Assembly: GCA_963833425.1 (NCBI GenBank)
Contig: CAWHXP010000008.1
Location: 500,578 to 564,577 of the forward strand
Length of the DNA stretch: 64,000 nucleotides
Source of the DNA: an uncultured Methanosarcinaceae archaeon
GTDB taxonomy: Archaea > Halobacteriota > Methanosarcinia > Methanosarcinales > Methanosarcinaceae
Direction of reading: 5' to 3'
Notes under the pieces: model-generated
The model's input: the letters and a program-made list of their open reading frames with translations, nothing else
The model's database searches: none
Told to the model about the DNA's origin: nothing
Part shown: one piece after another, positions 9,649 to 20,618 of the stretch
How the letters are laid out: each line of letters opens with the position of its first letter
How positions within the stretch are numbered: position 1 is the stretch's first letter
Position numbers and translations under genes: made by a program

Positions 9649-12405
9649 TCAGTTCATTTTCCTGACAATTAGCTTCTTCATAGCCGTTTTTTCATCCATT
9701 TTTTTATCTGTATTTTCAGTGCTTTCAGAATCTTCGATCCAGACCCAGAAATGATATTCATTGTCAATTCCAGGGTCTCTAATGTGAATCTCAATGGGAT
9801 CTATTCTTGTAATTTCCCTTTTCTCTCTGAATTTTCGAAGAAATATTTTTGCTGCAGCTTTTTCGGGAGCAAGCGCTGAGATTACTCCTATAATTCCCCG
9901 ATTTTTATCCGTGGCAATGAAGATTCTTTCCTTTTTTTCTTGTTTAACTGAAGATTTCTGTTTTATGGCTTCCAGCCTGATCTGTCTCTTTACATTAGTA
10001 AAAACTTTGTCAGTATTTTTTTCTTCAGGAGCTGGCCTTAAAGATTTTATTTTGGAGAGGCTCTCTTCTTTTCTCTCATATGGGATATAAGGGACTTTCC
10101 CCATAATTTCGTGCAGGATCATGATTGCAGCATGCTTATCTAGAGGTTCGTTGTTATTTCCGCATTTTGGAGATTGGATACAGCTAGGGCAACCACTTTC
10201 ACAGGGGCAGCTCTCAATTGCTTTTAAAGTGCCTTCAAGTATCTTTTCGATCAAGTCATATCCTTTTTCGGCATATCCGACTCCACCTTTGTGCCCGTCA
10301 TAGATGAATATTCCACTTTTGCCTCCAAGATCATGATGTGTTGGAGTGGAAACCCCACCCACATCGCTTCTGTCTACAAGTAGATTAAGAGGGTACATGG
10401 AAATCATTGCATGCTCGACTGCATGAATCCCACCAGCAAAATCCAATTTATGTTCTCCTATCTTCTCCTGCAGTCTGTCCGGAAGCTTTATCCAAAGGGC
10501 TATTGTATTGAGAGTCGTAGGAGGCATTTCAAGGTTGTATGTACTTATTGTTTCGTTGCTGTGGGTCTGAATTTTTCTGTACCCTATAACTCTATCAGTT
10601 ACTTCTACTTCCCCAAGCCCTATTTCAACCTCTTGAGCATGTAAAAGGGCTTTTGTTGCATAGTTCTCCTGCACCAGGATTGATGAGTTGATCATAGGTT
10701 TTGTATAATAAGCATCATGTGTTTTTATGGCATGAATCTCATTTTTTCCATTGTCTATCTTGTTTATGTAGTAGGGATCTCCACTGTGCATATAGACAGC
10801 ACCCGGGTAGCACTCCCGAAAAGCTAGAGCCTTCTCTATGTCTTTTTCGAGGGGGAAGCTTTTTTCTCCTTCAAAGGCAAGGAGGGAATAAGTGTCATTA
10901 TCTATTCCCCGTAGAGAGACATGTTTGTATGGAAAATTATCAGTCGAATATTTCAGGTCGTTACCCGCAAGCATGCCTTCGGCTTTCAAGAGTTCTACAA
11001 CTCTTGGATACCCCTTTCCAAAATACTTCTCATCGGATGCTCGCAGAGGAATTTCTTTTGCAGCGCAGAGTAAGTGTCCAGCAAGGATGTATGGATTTTT
11101 AGGGTTAAGAACTGCATTTTCGCTACTTCTCACAAAAAAATCAGTAGGATTTCTCATGTAGTACTGATCAAGAGCATTTGTTCCTGCTACTAGGACAACA
11201 ATACTTTCTTTTCCGCGCCGACCTGCTCTTCCTGCCTGTTGCCTTGAGCTCATAACAGTTCCTGGATAGCCGTCCAGAATACAAGCATCAAGCCTTCCCA
11301 TATCTATCCCGAGTTCGAGGGCATTTGTGGAAACTACACCCCTAAGTTCTCCTGAATTCATTTTTTTTTCGATTTCTTCTCTTTCTCTGTCAAAATAGCC
11401 GCTTCTGTATGAGCAGATTGCTTGGGAAAGATTTCTATTCTTCAAAAGCTCCCTGCAATTTTTATACATCCTTTCAACTCCTTGCCTGGACCTGGTAAAG
11501 GCAAGAGTTTGCAACCCCACCTGGACAAATCTTGTAAAAAGGGAAGAAGCCTCAGAAAAGCTACTCCTTCTGAGAGTACAGCCTCTATTATTCAGATATA
11601 GAGGAGGATTCCAGAATATGAATTTTTGAGGACCATTTGAAGAGCCGTTATTCTCAACCACCTCTGCTTCCCGCCCAAGAAGGACCTCTGTATGTTCTTT
11701 TGGGTTTCCAATTGTTGCAGAACAACAGATGAACTGAGGAGAAGCCCCATAATATTCAGCAACTCGCAAAAGTCTGCGAAGCAGGTTTGCCATATTGCTT
11801 CCTATGACCCCTCTATAATAATGGCTCTCATCAACTACTATGAATTTGAGGTTGGAGAAAAAACGCCTCCATAGGTGGTGCCAGGCAAGAAAACTCATGT
11901 GAACCATTTCAGGGTTTGTGAAAACAATATTCTTTTGCCCTTCCCTGACTTTCCTTTTCTGGGCCTCACTAAGTGCTCCGGTATAACGGGCTATGACTGC
12001 CCCTGATCCTAATGTTTCTTCGAATTCCACAAAAGCCTTTAACTGATCGTTTACAAGAGCGTTTAAAGGAGAAATATAAAGTGCAGTTGCTTTCGAGTCA
12101 TCGAGGACGGTTTCAAAAATCGGGATCATATACGTTAGGGACTTTCCACTTGCTGTGGTTGTACAAAGCACGATGTTTTTTCCTTCTCGGATTTTATCGA
12201 TGGCCTCTTTTTGATGGGCGTACAGATATTCGATCCCTAATCCTGAAAGAACAGCTTCTACTTGTGTTTTCAGCTTAAGAGGAGCATAAATGGCTTTCCT
12301 GGCGGGAATCTCCTCTATATGTACTATCTGGTTTTGATAATGACTGGATGATTTTATTTCATTCAGCAGGCGGAGGATATTCATTCCTTGCTCCATTTTT
12401 TTCAT
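9649..12405 (-). CDS. DEAD/DEAH-box SF2 helicase with DUF1998 Cys cluster (Hrq/MrfA/SftH-like), carrying a C-terminal MC1-like extension
   Basis: TASGKS, DESH, SATIGNP, STNALELGID, QQAGRAGR, YDGHKGGVG, CPCESGCPSC...C. Confidence 0.93.
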   Translation of the reverse strand: MKKMEQGMNILRLLNEIKSSSHYQNQIVHIEEIPARKAIYAPLKLKTQVEAVLSGLGIEYLYAHQKEAIDKIREGKNIVLCTTTASGKSLTYMIPIFETVLDDSKATALYISPLNALVNDQLKAFVEFEETLGSGAVIARYTGALSEAQKRKVREGQKNIVFTNPEMVHMSFLAWHHLWRRFFSNLKFIVVDESHYYRGVIGSNMANLLRRLLRVAEYYGASPQFICCSATIGNPKEHTEVLLGREAEVVENNGSSNGPQKFIFWNPPLYLNNRGCTLRRSSFSEASSLFTRFVQVGLQTLAFTRSRQGVERMYKNCRELLKNRNLSQAICSYRSGYFDREREEIEKKMNSGELRGVVSTNALELGIDMGRLDACILDGYPGTVMSSRQQAGRAGRRGKESIVVLVAGTNALDQYYMRNPTDFFVRSSENAVLNPKNPYILAGHLLCAAKEIPLRASDEKYFGKGYPRVVELLKAEGMLAGNDLKYSTDNFPYKHVSLRGIDNDTYSLLAFEGEKSFPLEKDIEKALAFRECYPGAVYMHSGDPYYINKIDNGKNEIHAIKTHDAYYTKPMINSSILVQENYATKALLHAQEVEIGLGEVEVTDRVIGYRKIQTHSNETISTYNLEMPPTTLNTIALWIKLPDRLQEKIGEHKLDFAGGIHAVEHAMISMYPLNLLVDRSDVGGVSTPTHHDLGGKSGIFIYDGHKGGVGYAEKGYDLIEKILEGTLKAIESCPCESGCPSCIQSPKCGNNNEPLDKHAAIMILHEIMGKVPYIPYERKEESLSKIKSLRPAPEEKNTDKVFTNVKRQIRLEAIKQKSSVKQEKKERIFIATDKNRGIIGVISALAPEKAAAKIFLRKFREKREITRIDPIEIHIRDPGIDNEYHFWVWIEDSESTENTDKKMDEKTAMKKLIVRKMN

Positions 12406-13708
12406 ACTAGAACTTTGAAGTACAAAATCAACTACTTCAGGCGTTTAGTTAAACTTGTGCTTTTGACAGTTGAATGTTTTATGCTATTAATTTTTCAGCA
12501 CAACTGCTTAAGAGCTTATTTGAAAAGTAGAATAACTACGATATAAGTCGTGTTTGGTCATGACAACAAGAAAAATCTGGCACGACTGTGAGATATTTGA
12601 TGAATTTTGTGAGAAAGTAGAACAATTACTAGTAGTGGAATGAATTTACTCTAAATTCGACGACAAATTTTTGTTTACTGCGTTTAACTTGGTTCTTCAT
12701 ATACGAAATATTTCTACTTAATAATTTATTAAGATTTATGATTTTACAGCAAATAAAGCACGCTCCAGAGCAAATTTAAAAAAATAATGAGATTCATATA
12801 AATTATTGAAAATTAATTTCTGGCATATTACGGTAATTTGGCGGCATATGTAAAAAATGTTTCCAAAAGCCTCCAATTTCTACATTTACCAAGTTCTCAA
12901 AAATAATTAACACCTAACAAGACGCCATCAATTGGATTCTAGATATCGGGTATTTCATTGAGACTTATGCCTTTGTGGCATCAAATCAAGTGCAATAGAC
13001 ATTTGTTTAGTTAGAAATTACGTGTTTGAAGTAAGGAATCAAAAACTTTAGGCATGTAGTATGATCAAAAAAGAAGATTAAAGAGTGGATAGTAGATTTT
13101 ACGCAAAATTCTGCACACTGGCAAGAGTTAGGATAAAGCTTTAGACCTTATCAAAGCTTAAGGACCTTTTTGATTTTTAAAGAACTGGGAAACAGTGTTG
13201 AGACGGTCACTCTAAAGAATAATCAATCCTGAGGAAAAAATTTTTTAAGAACTATCTTTTTTATGTATTATCGATTGTCTCCAATTTAGCAAATCGACAT
13301 TAGATTTTAAAATTTTATTAATCATTTATTCGCGTATTAGCTGCACTCCCTGAGAAAATATACCAAAAATTCTGTAAATCAAGAAAAATAATTAGGCATA
13401 AATTTACTTATATTGATCATTTTTTAGTTAACCTGGATGAGTCACTTTTAGTGTATAACCAGGCAATATTTCCTTGGACGCTTTTAAAAACACACATTAG
13501 ATTGTCTTAATAAAAGAGGATTTTTAATTTATCAAGGATTGCTAAAATTTACCATTAATTCAACTGGCAATTGACTTAAATCAATCAAAAACCTAGAAAA
13601 TAATAAAAAGTCTCATATATCGAAGAAACACCTTAATTTATGAAGTAAATATATCAAAAGATTTGAGAAAGATAGCCTTTAAGACAACGAAATATCAAAT
13701 ATCATCAC

Positions 13709-14146
13709 ATGAACCTGGAGAAACTCTACATTATTTCTGTATATGCCATTCTACGGAATGAGAAAGGAGAATTTTTGCTTCTCAGGCGATCGCAAAATTC
13801 TCACTCAAACCTAGGTAAGTGGGATCTGCCAGGAGGAAAACTAAATCATAGAGAATTGCTTGAGGAAGCCATTGTGCGGGAGGTACGGTAAGAGACAGGG
13901 ATTTCAATTATCCCGGGGAATATTGCAGGATATGCTACCTTTGAGCTCCCGGATAAACGGATTATTGCCGTAGTATACGATGGCGGGTACGTTATTGCAG
14001 ATGTCAAGTTGAGCTATGAGCATATTGAGTATGCATGGATATCTCTTGATACGATCCTGGAGATGAACCAGCTTCCGATTTATTTTAGAGATTTCTTCAA
14101 AAGATTCGACATACAAAATAAAAAATTTTCGGAACCATCAATTTAA
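13709..14146 (+). pseudogene. NUDIX hydrolase (MutT-like) with premature stop in the Nudix box
   Basis: WDLPGG...EAIVREVR*ETG: TAA at 13889-13891 replaces a Nudix-box Glu; frame continues (EHIEYAW) to TAA 14144-14146. Confidence 0.88.
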
Positions 14147-14294
14147 TTCAAATAAGAGCTCATTTGTCGTTCCATATTTCGTGATCGATGTTAGTGCCTG
14201 AATACTATTAGTACCGTTTCTCAGCTCTTTTGTTTCGCACTACAGTAGACAACAGTAGAGCCCGCTCAATCAATAAAAACGCAAACAAATGTTT

Positions 14295-14395
14295 CAATGA
14301 GGCTTGACCATGAAAACATCATTATGTATTAGTGGACATCCATATAGCGAATAGCTCAAAAATGACTTTAATTTACATCAAATTCGCAAAGCTGC
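14295..14395 (+). repeat. Diverged dispersed repeat; second copy at 850-875 + 1881-1955 is split by the first IS
   Basis: caatgaggcttgaccatgaaaacatcatt-atgtattagtggacatccatatagcgaatag versus caatgaggttggatgatgaaaatatc|attcatttattagtagacatccaaacaacgaatag. Confidence 0.75.
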
Positions 14396-16100
14396 ATTTA
14401 ATTAGTGCAGGATAAGATGTCTATGAAATTTGATTATAAAATCTGAAAAATATAGATGTTTTTATTTTAAATGTTGCTCCCTTTCATGATTTTTGTTATT
14501 AAAAAGCTTTCTTATATCACATATATATCCTAGAGATCTGGAATCTCGATCCTTAGTTATGACAACACCAGTTAATAACTGATATCTCTATAGTCATCAT
14601 GATGTATTAATAAATATGTTTTAAAGGCTGCAGGAAAGGGATACCTACAGCCCGTTAGACTGTCTGGGGAGTCCGTGACAATTTTTCACTAATCAGACAC
14701 ATAACTACACTAAAACATTTTATTTCGGGGTTTATCAACAGCGCATTTATGGATCACAATATATTAGCTGAACAGGATATAATATCTATTTTTTGTATAT
14801 ATTGAATATAGTATTAACTTTAACTAATTAGTATCAAATGTACGTAATCCTTAACCCACGAACTGTGATATCAACCTCTTGGGAAAGAGATTATAATCCA
14901 ATGGTATCCATATGCAAAAACGTAAACTGTAAAGCAAAACATATTAAGAAATTTCTTCTACTTAAGCTTAAAAGATGGAGAAATTTCTTATAAATATATA
15001 AAGTGAGACTGTAGTATCGAAAAATTGAGCTTTAGATTCAGTTTATTCATATTTTTTATTTTGTTTAGACTAGTATACAATTATTTTTTTTGTTTTTCTA
15101 TTCATGATTGTGATTTAGTTTAATTAGTTTAATTAGTTTAAAATGTCCCAAGAGCCTCACATGCTCCATCTGCTCTGTGAGCTCCCTAAGCTCTATGAGT
15201 AATGAATCAGCAATGTTTTCATCTAGATAGAACTCGGAAAATTCAAAAATTTTGCTACAAAAATTATGCCTCTTATATTAAATTGCTATTAAGAATTTAA
15301 TTTTATTGCTGTAGGTCTTTTGGACTTGGATCTAAGCAAAGATCAACAGAACTGGTTAAGAAGGGTTGTGAATTATTCTTTTTAGTAAATAGCAAAATTA
15401 TTTTTTCTTTGGCAGAAGTCTGACTTCTTATAATGTTTTTTTCAGTCATCATAACTATCTACGCAACAATTTTTTAGCTCATAACATTGCATCCCGCAAT
15501 TATTTTATTTTCTTGCCTTTATACGGTAATTAGGGGTTTCTAAAGGTATGAGTGTATTTACTTTTTGAAAAGATGAAACTGCTCTTTTCTCAGTGAAGTG
15601 AGAAAACTTCGTCCAATCCTTATGACCATCAAAGACATTAGATATCAAAAAATTGATCTTGTGAGATGCAAGCGAAGAAAGGCCTACAGCCCAATTAAAT
15701 GCCTGGGTTAAGGGACTGGAAAACTTCTGAGATATAAATATATTTAAATTATTATATTGAGATATATATCCTAAATAATCATAACTTGAACTAATTCGCA
15801 CGGACATTTTGTGACCCTTTTACCTCGAATTATAACAGATGTGAAATACAAACTCTACATCGATGTATATCTGCAAAATCTGGCGCAAAGAATTGTTATA
15901 GATTTTAAAATCCAACAATTTTCAATTTTAAGTTAATCACTGAAATTTGGAATTGAGTCCTTAAGATCATTTGAGTGACTTGATTCGTTTATCCGAGTTT
16001 TGCTTCCCAATTTTCGTTCGGAAAAACGGGATCTTTTTCTGTTCCTTCAATCAGATCCATATAATTCTTAAAATGAAATAGAAAATAATAAAGATAAACA

Positions 16101-16883
16101 TTAAACAGAGAATTCGAGTTCAAGTCCTACAGGACAGTGGTCTGAGCCCATTATTTTGGAATAAATTGGAGCAGACTTCATATTCTCTCGAAGATTTTCG
16201 CTGACAAAAAAATAATCTAGCCGTCAGCCAATATTTCTTTCTCGCGCCTTAGTTCTTATTGACCACCAAGAATAGTTCTCACCATTTGTGTTGAACATGC
16301 GAAACGTGTCAATATATCCTGCAGCAAGGAACTTGTCTATCCAAGCCCTCTCTTCTGGGAGAAAATCTGATAAAGTCTTGTTTTCTCTGGGATGGACGAG
16401 ATCAATTTCTTTATGGGCAGTGTTCACATCACCGCAGATGACAAGTTTTTTTCTTTCGGATTTGAGGGCGTTTGCGTATTCAAAAAAGGATTGATAAAAG
16501 TCCATCTTAAAGTCCAAGCGCTCCTGAGAAGCTTTTCCATTAGGGAAGTAAATATTCATTAAGGTAAAGTCATCGTAATCGACTCTGAGGAAGTGACCTT
16601 CCTTATCAAACTTTTCGATTCCCATTCCAGTCTCAACATTCAGAGGCTTTCACTTTGAAAAAATTCCTACCCCACTGTAGCTTCTCTGTTCTGCTGAAAC
16701 GAAATATTTGAAGTAGCCCGAAATATTCTTGACTTCCCTCGGGAGTTTGTCAGGAGAAGCTTTAGTTTCTTGGATGCAGATGGCATCAAATTTCTGATCT
16801 AGCAAAAAATCAAGAAATTTTTTTTTAACTGCAGCCCGAATATCGTTTACATTCCATGAAACAAGGTTGTAGTGGCTATACAT
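16101..16883 (-). pseudogene. xth: Exodeoxyribonuclease III / AP endonuclease with two in-frame TGA stops
   Basis: SWNVN, CIQETK, YSGV, YFPNG, CGDVN, NIG*RLDYF and GSDHCP all in one frame; TGA at 16650-16652 and 16224-16226. Confidence 0.93.
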
Positions 16884-18045
16884 TATTTTCACGACTCAAT
16901 ATTATTCTGTGATCTTGATTTTATCATGGTGGCTTCGAATTTCATTTACTGATACTAAATATCCATAATACTATTCTATGTTAAAATTTTGTGTCATGTC
17001 TAGGAGTTATTGATCTAATCTGACAACAGATTGAGTTCCTGTGTTAGATAAAATGTGAATGGATTCAATTTATCATAAGTTCCAAATGTAGTGATTTTCG
17101 AACATAATTCCTGGAGATGTAGCATCAAAAATAACACTTTTTAAAGTTTTAAACTTTAACCGAATCAAATCGATTAAACTTAACATGTTGAGAGCTTGCT
17201 TATGCATAACTTTTATTGTAAAACATAGGCAAGTTCTCAATATCGACATCTCCTCACTACTATTGCGCTATAACCTACTTCACAAATCTAAAAATATATA
17301 GAAAATATACGCAGTTAATTTTAAACAAACTTATTCTAAATGTGGGTAAGTTGCATTTTCGGAGTTGATTTCTGATTACTCACATTAAAATTTCCAACTT
17401 GGAATTTTAAGTCAAAAGATAAATCATAATTTTATAAAAATAATATTCTCAAATTAATTTCAATTAAAAATCGATAAAAATGGCATTTATTAAATTTTAC
17501 TATACTTTTTCTGCATTCGCTAGTGGATACTAGTAGGAGTAAACAACCTTATTCAATGAAGTATGAAATAATCGAGTTCATAGGCACATAGCTAAAAAAT
17601 GAGGTGAGTGCCTTCCTGTAGTAGAAGTGCTGGTGACGAATACATACATATACTAAAATTTAATTCATTCTATGTCTTGAGTGTTATGTCTATTACAATA
17701 TTGTATTGCTCTATGCATACTGTAAATAAACATTAATTTTTGAAGAGATATCCTGCCGCAATTAACAGTAGTGATTAAATTATCACATTCTTAATAAAAA
17801 ATAGTGGTTTTAGGTATTAACATCAGAATTTTTGCAAATTTTGAGTTCATTTTCTACTCAAAATTGTAGAACCTAGAAAAAAAACACGTTCTGATTCCAA
17901 GGCTTTTATTTAAGCTCTCAAGATATGGCTAAATTGAATTGCATTAGAGATATTTTAAAAGCTCTTAGAAAATATCAAAGTAAAAAAATATGAAGTTTGG
18001 AGAAGATATACAAAGAAATGGTTGATATATCTATTTTCTTGGAAG

Positions 18046-18753
18046 TTATGGGAATAGATTCTCATTAATATAGTCCTCAGGAGCTACAAAAAGTGCGTAG
18101 TTGTCCTCTTTTAGTTTTTTAAGCAGCTCTTCGTTTAATTTTGCACCTTGAAGTGTTTTTACTTCAGAAATCTGGTCAATTGATAAATTGTGGGCATCTC
18201 TGAGGTTAGCCCCTTCAAGGTTAGCCCATCTAAGGGTGGCTCTTTCAAGGTTAGCCCATCTAAGGTTAGCTTCTTTAAGGTTAGCTCCTTTAAGGTTAGC
18301 TTCTTTAAGGTTAGCTCCTGTAAAGTCAACTCTTTCAAGGTGAGCCTTTAAAAGGTTAACTCTTTCAAGGTTAGCCCATCTAAGGTTAGCTTCTTCAAGA
18401 TTGGCTTCTTCTAAGTTCGCTTCTTCAAGGATAGCTTCTTCAAGGTCAGCTCCTCTAAGGTTAGCTCCTCGAAAGTTGGCTTGAACAATATCAGCTCTTT
18501 CGAAATTAGTTTCTAGTAGATTAGCGTCTCTAAGATCAGCTCCGTGACAGTTGGCTTCTCTAAGATTGCACCATTTAAGGTTAGCTTCTTTGAAATTAGC
18601 TTTCTCAAGGTTAGCTCCTTTAAGGTTAGCTTCTCTAAGGTTAGCTCCTTCAAAGGAGACCTCCTTAAGATCAGCACCTGTAAGTTCAGCACCAATTAGG
18701 TTCTTTCTTTTGGAGTAAATTCCTCCAAAATTCACCAAGTTGAAGTTAAACAT
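18046..18753 (-). CDS. Pentapeptide-repeat protein
   Basis: More than 30 A[N/D]Lxx repeats; start placed at ATG 18753 after GAGGTG. Confidence 0.9.
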   Translation of the reverse strand: MFNFNLVNFGGIYSKRKNLIGAELTGADLKEVSFEGANLREANLKGANLEKANFKEANLKWCNLREANCHGADLRDANLLETNFERADIVQANFRGANLRGADLEEAILEEANLEEANLEEANLRWANLERVNLLKAHLERVDFTGANLKEANLKGANLKEANLRWANLERATLRWANLEGANLRDAHNLSIDQISEVKTLQGAKLNEELLKKLKEDNYALFVAPEDYINENLFP

Positions 18754-19662
18754 CTTATCATCACCTCTTCCTTTCCAACAACTTTTTTGTTCTGCTGTCT
18801 TAAGCCCCCTTAAAATTAAGTTCAATTATACAATTGAGATAAAACATTCTATTCGGAGGTCAATTCATCTTGAAATGACTATTCATGCGTCATTCGATAC
18901 CTAGATTACCTACGAACCAATGCAGAAATTGATTTAATTTTAATATGGGCTTATCTTGGATCAATAGTGTTGTTTTGTATTGAGTGGTTGATGTTTGTTG
19001 TTATGTTTGACTTTTAGATCGGTTGATATTACTAATTTTGTCCTGACGTGATACAACTTCAATTGCATATGCTGTGGTGCAACACTTGTCAGAAGAGATA
19101 CGCAAATAATATTTACCAATTATTATTCCAAAATCATTTTTTGAAGAATAAATATTTATAAATATTATAGGAGACTGGCGAACCTGACAATCACCAGGAT
19201 ATCAGTTGTCTGACAAATTATATTTGAAATTATATCATTCAAGGTATTATTATTTAAACAATATAACACTTTAAGAAACATAGTTCAGAACTCCGTATAA
19301 TCCCAAGTTTACTCATATAGAATCCAGTATTTAATAATATACTGAATCATTTATTTTTTTAAGCTTATCTTCAAAATAATTATAATTTATTCTTCAATAT
19401 TATATGATCAAGATATAATATGTCCCATCTTTCTATATTAATCAAAGTTAAGCATTCAATAATTGTAATATGCATATATGTTTTCACAAAAAGGATATAT
19501 TTCATCAAATTTCCTAATCAAAAATGTGATCTTCACTTCATTTAACAAAGTTTATTATACGAATTAATAAGCAAATTAAATTTTTTTAATAATATTGAAA
19601 TAAAATGTGCGAGGAAAATGAATGGGGTAAAAGTGGAAGAGATATTTTATCGGAGTATAAGA

Positions 19663-20478
19663 CTAACAACTCTTCGATCTCAGATCAATAATCTGATTTG
19701 CAACCTCTGCAAGTTGCTCAGGAGTCAGGTTCTCAGCCCTTTTGTCCATCAAATTCTCAGAGAGCTGAGAAATTAATTCTCTAATGTTAGGAATTTTGAG
19801 AATATAATTTGAGTTAAGGATTGCATTTCTTATCTTTTTCCGACGCTGGCTAAAGACTGCTGCAACAAATTTCATGAAAAAGGCTTCGTCTCTTACTCCA
19901 AAAGGTGCTGGCCGTGGAACAATTTTAACTACTGCTGAATAAACTTCCGGTGAAGGCTGAAAGGCTTCTTTTGGGACTTTCATAAGAATAGAAGAATCTG
20001 AAAAATAGTAGGTACCAACAGTTAGACGGGAATAGTCCTTGCAGTTGGGTGCTGAAACCATGCGTGCTGCAAATTCATACTGATACATAAGGATTCCGAG
20101 TTTGAATTTATGATGGAGAAGCTTGAAGGTTATTTCTGAAGAGATGGAATAGGGAAGATTTGAGACGACCTTGTCGAATTCAGGAAAATCAACTTTCAAG
20201 GCATCGCCTGCGACGATATCAATTTTCTTGATATCGTCAAATTTATCATGAAGGACGTTAACCAGAATCGGATCAAGTTCAATGGCAATCACTTTTTTTG
20301 CCTTCTGAGCAAGCCTTTCAGTAAGGTTCCCAACACCGGCACCTATTTCAAGAACAATATCTTCGGACCTTAACTCAGCAGCCGCCACGATTTTGTCCAT
20401 GTAGCATTTATCGACCAGAAAATACTGATCAAAAATACCACCTTTTATGTTATATTTTTCAAGAAGAGAAAGTGCCAG
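19663..20478 (-). CDS. rsmA: 16S rRNA dimethyladenosine transferase
   Basis: DQYFL, VLEIGAGVG, VSNLPYSIS, RRKK; frame extends upstream of ATG 20400 to a CTG at 20478 preceded by AGGAGG. Confidence 0.93.
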   Translation of the reverse strand: MALSLLEKYNIKGGIFDQYFLVDKCYMDKIVAAAELRSEDIVLEIGAGVGNLTERLAQKAKKVIAIELDPILVNVLHDKFDDIKKIDIVAGDALKVDFPEFDKVVSNLPYSISSEITFKLLHHKFKLGILMYQYEFAARMVSAPNCKDYSRLTVGTYYFSDSSILMKVPKEAFQPSPEVYSAVVKIVPRPAPFGVRDEAFFMKFVAAVFSQRRKKIRNAILNSNYILKIPNIRELISQLSENLMDKRAENLTPEQLAEVANQIIDLRSKSC

Positions 20479-20618
20479 GACTGAAACCTCCTTAATAAAG
20501 CAAATATTTTGATGTGAAAAAAATTAAAGCTGCTTGAATAAAATTGCATGGATAATCAAAACTAAATCTGTATAACCTAAGAATTCTGAACATATTATCT
20601 AAAAAGAATATTCACAGT

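Noticed and set aside
15120..15807. 100-aa ORF and downstream ELRELTEQMEHVRLLGHF fragment as a prephenate-dehydratase/ACT relic
   Set aside because: Probably decayed coding DNA, but the similarity is too weak to name
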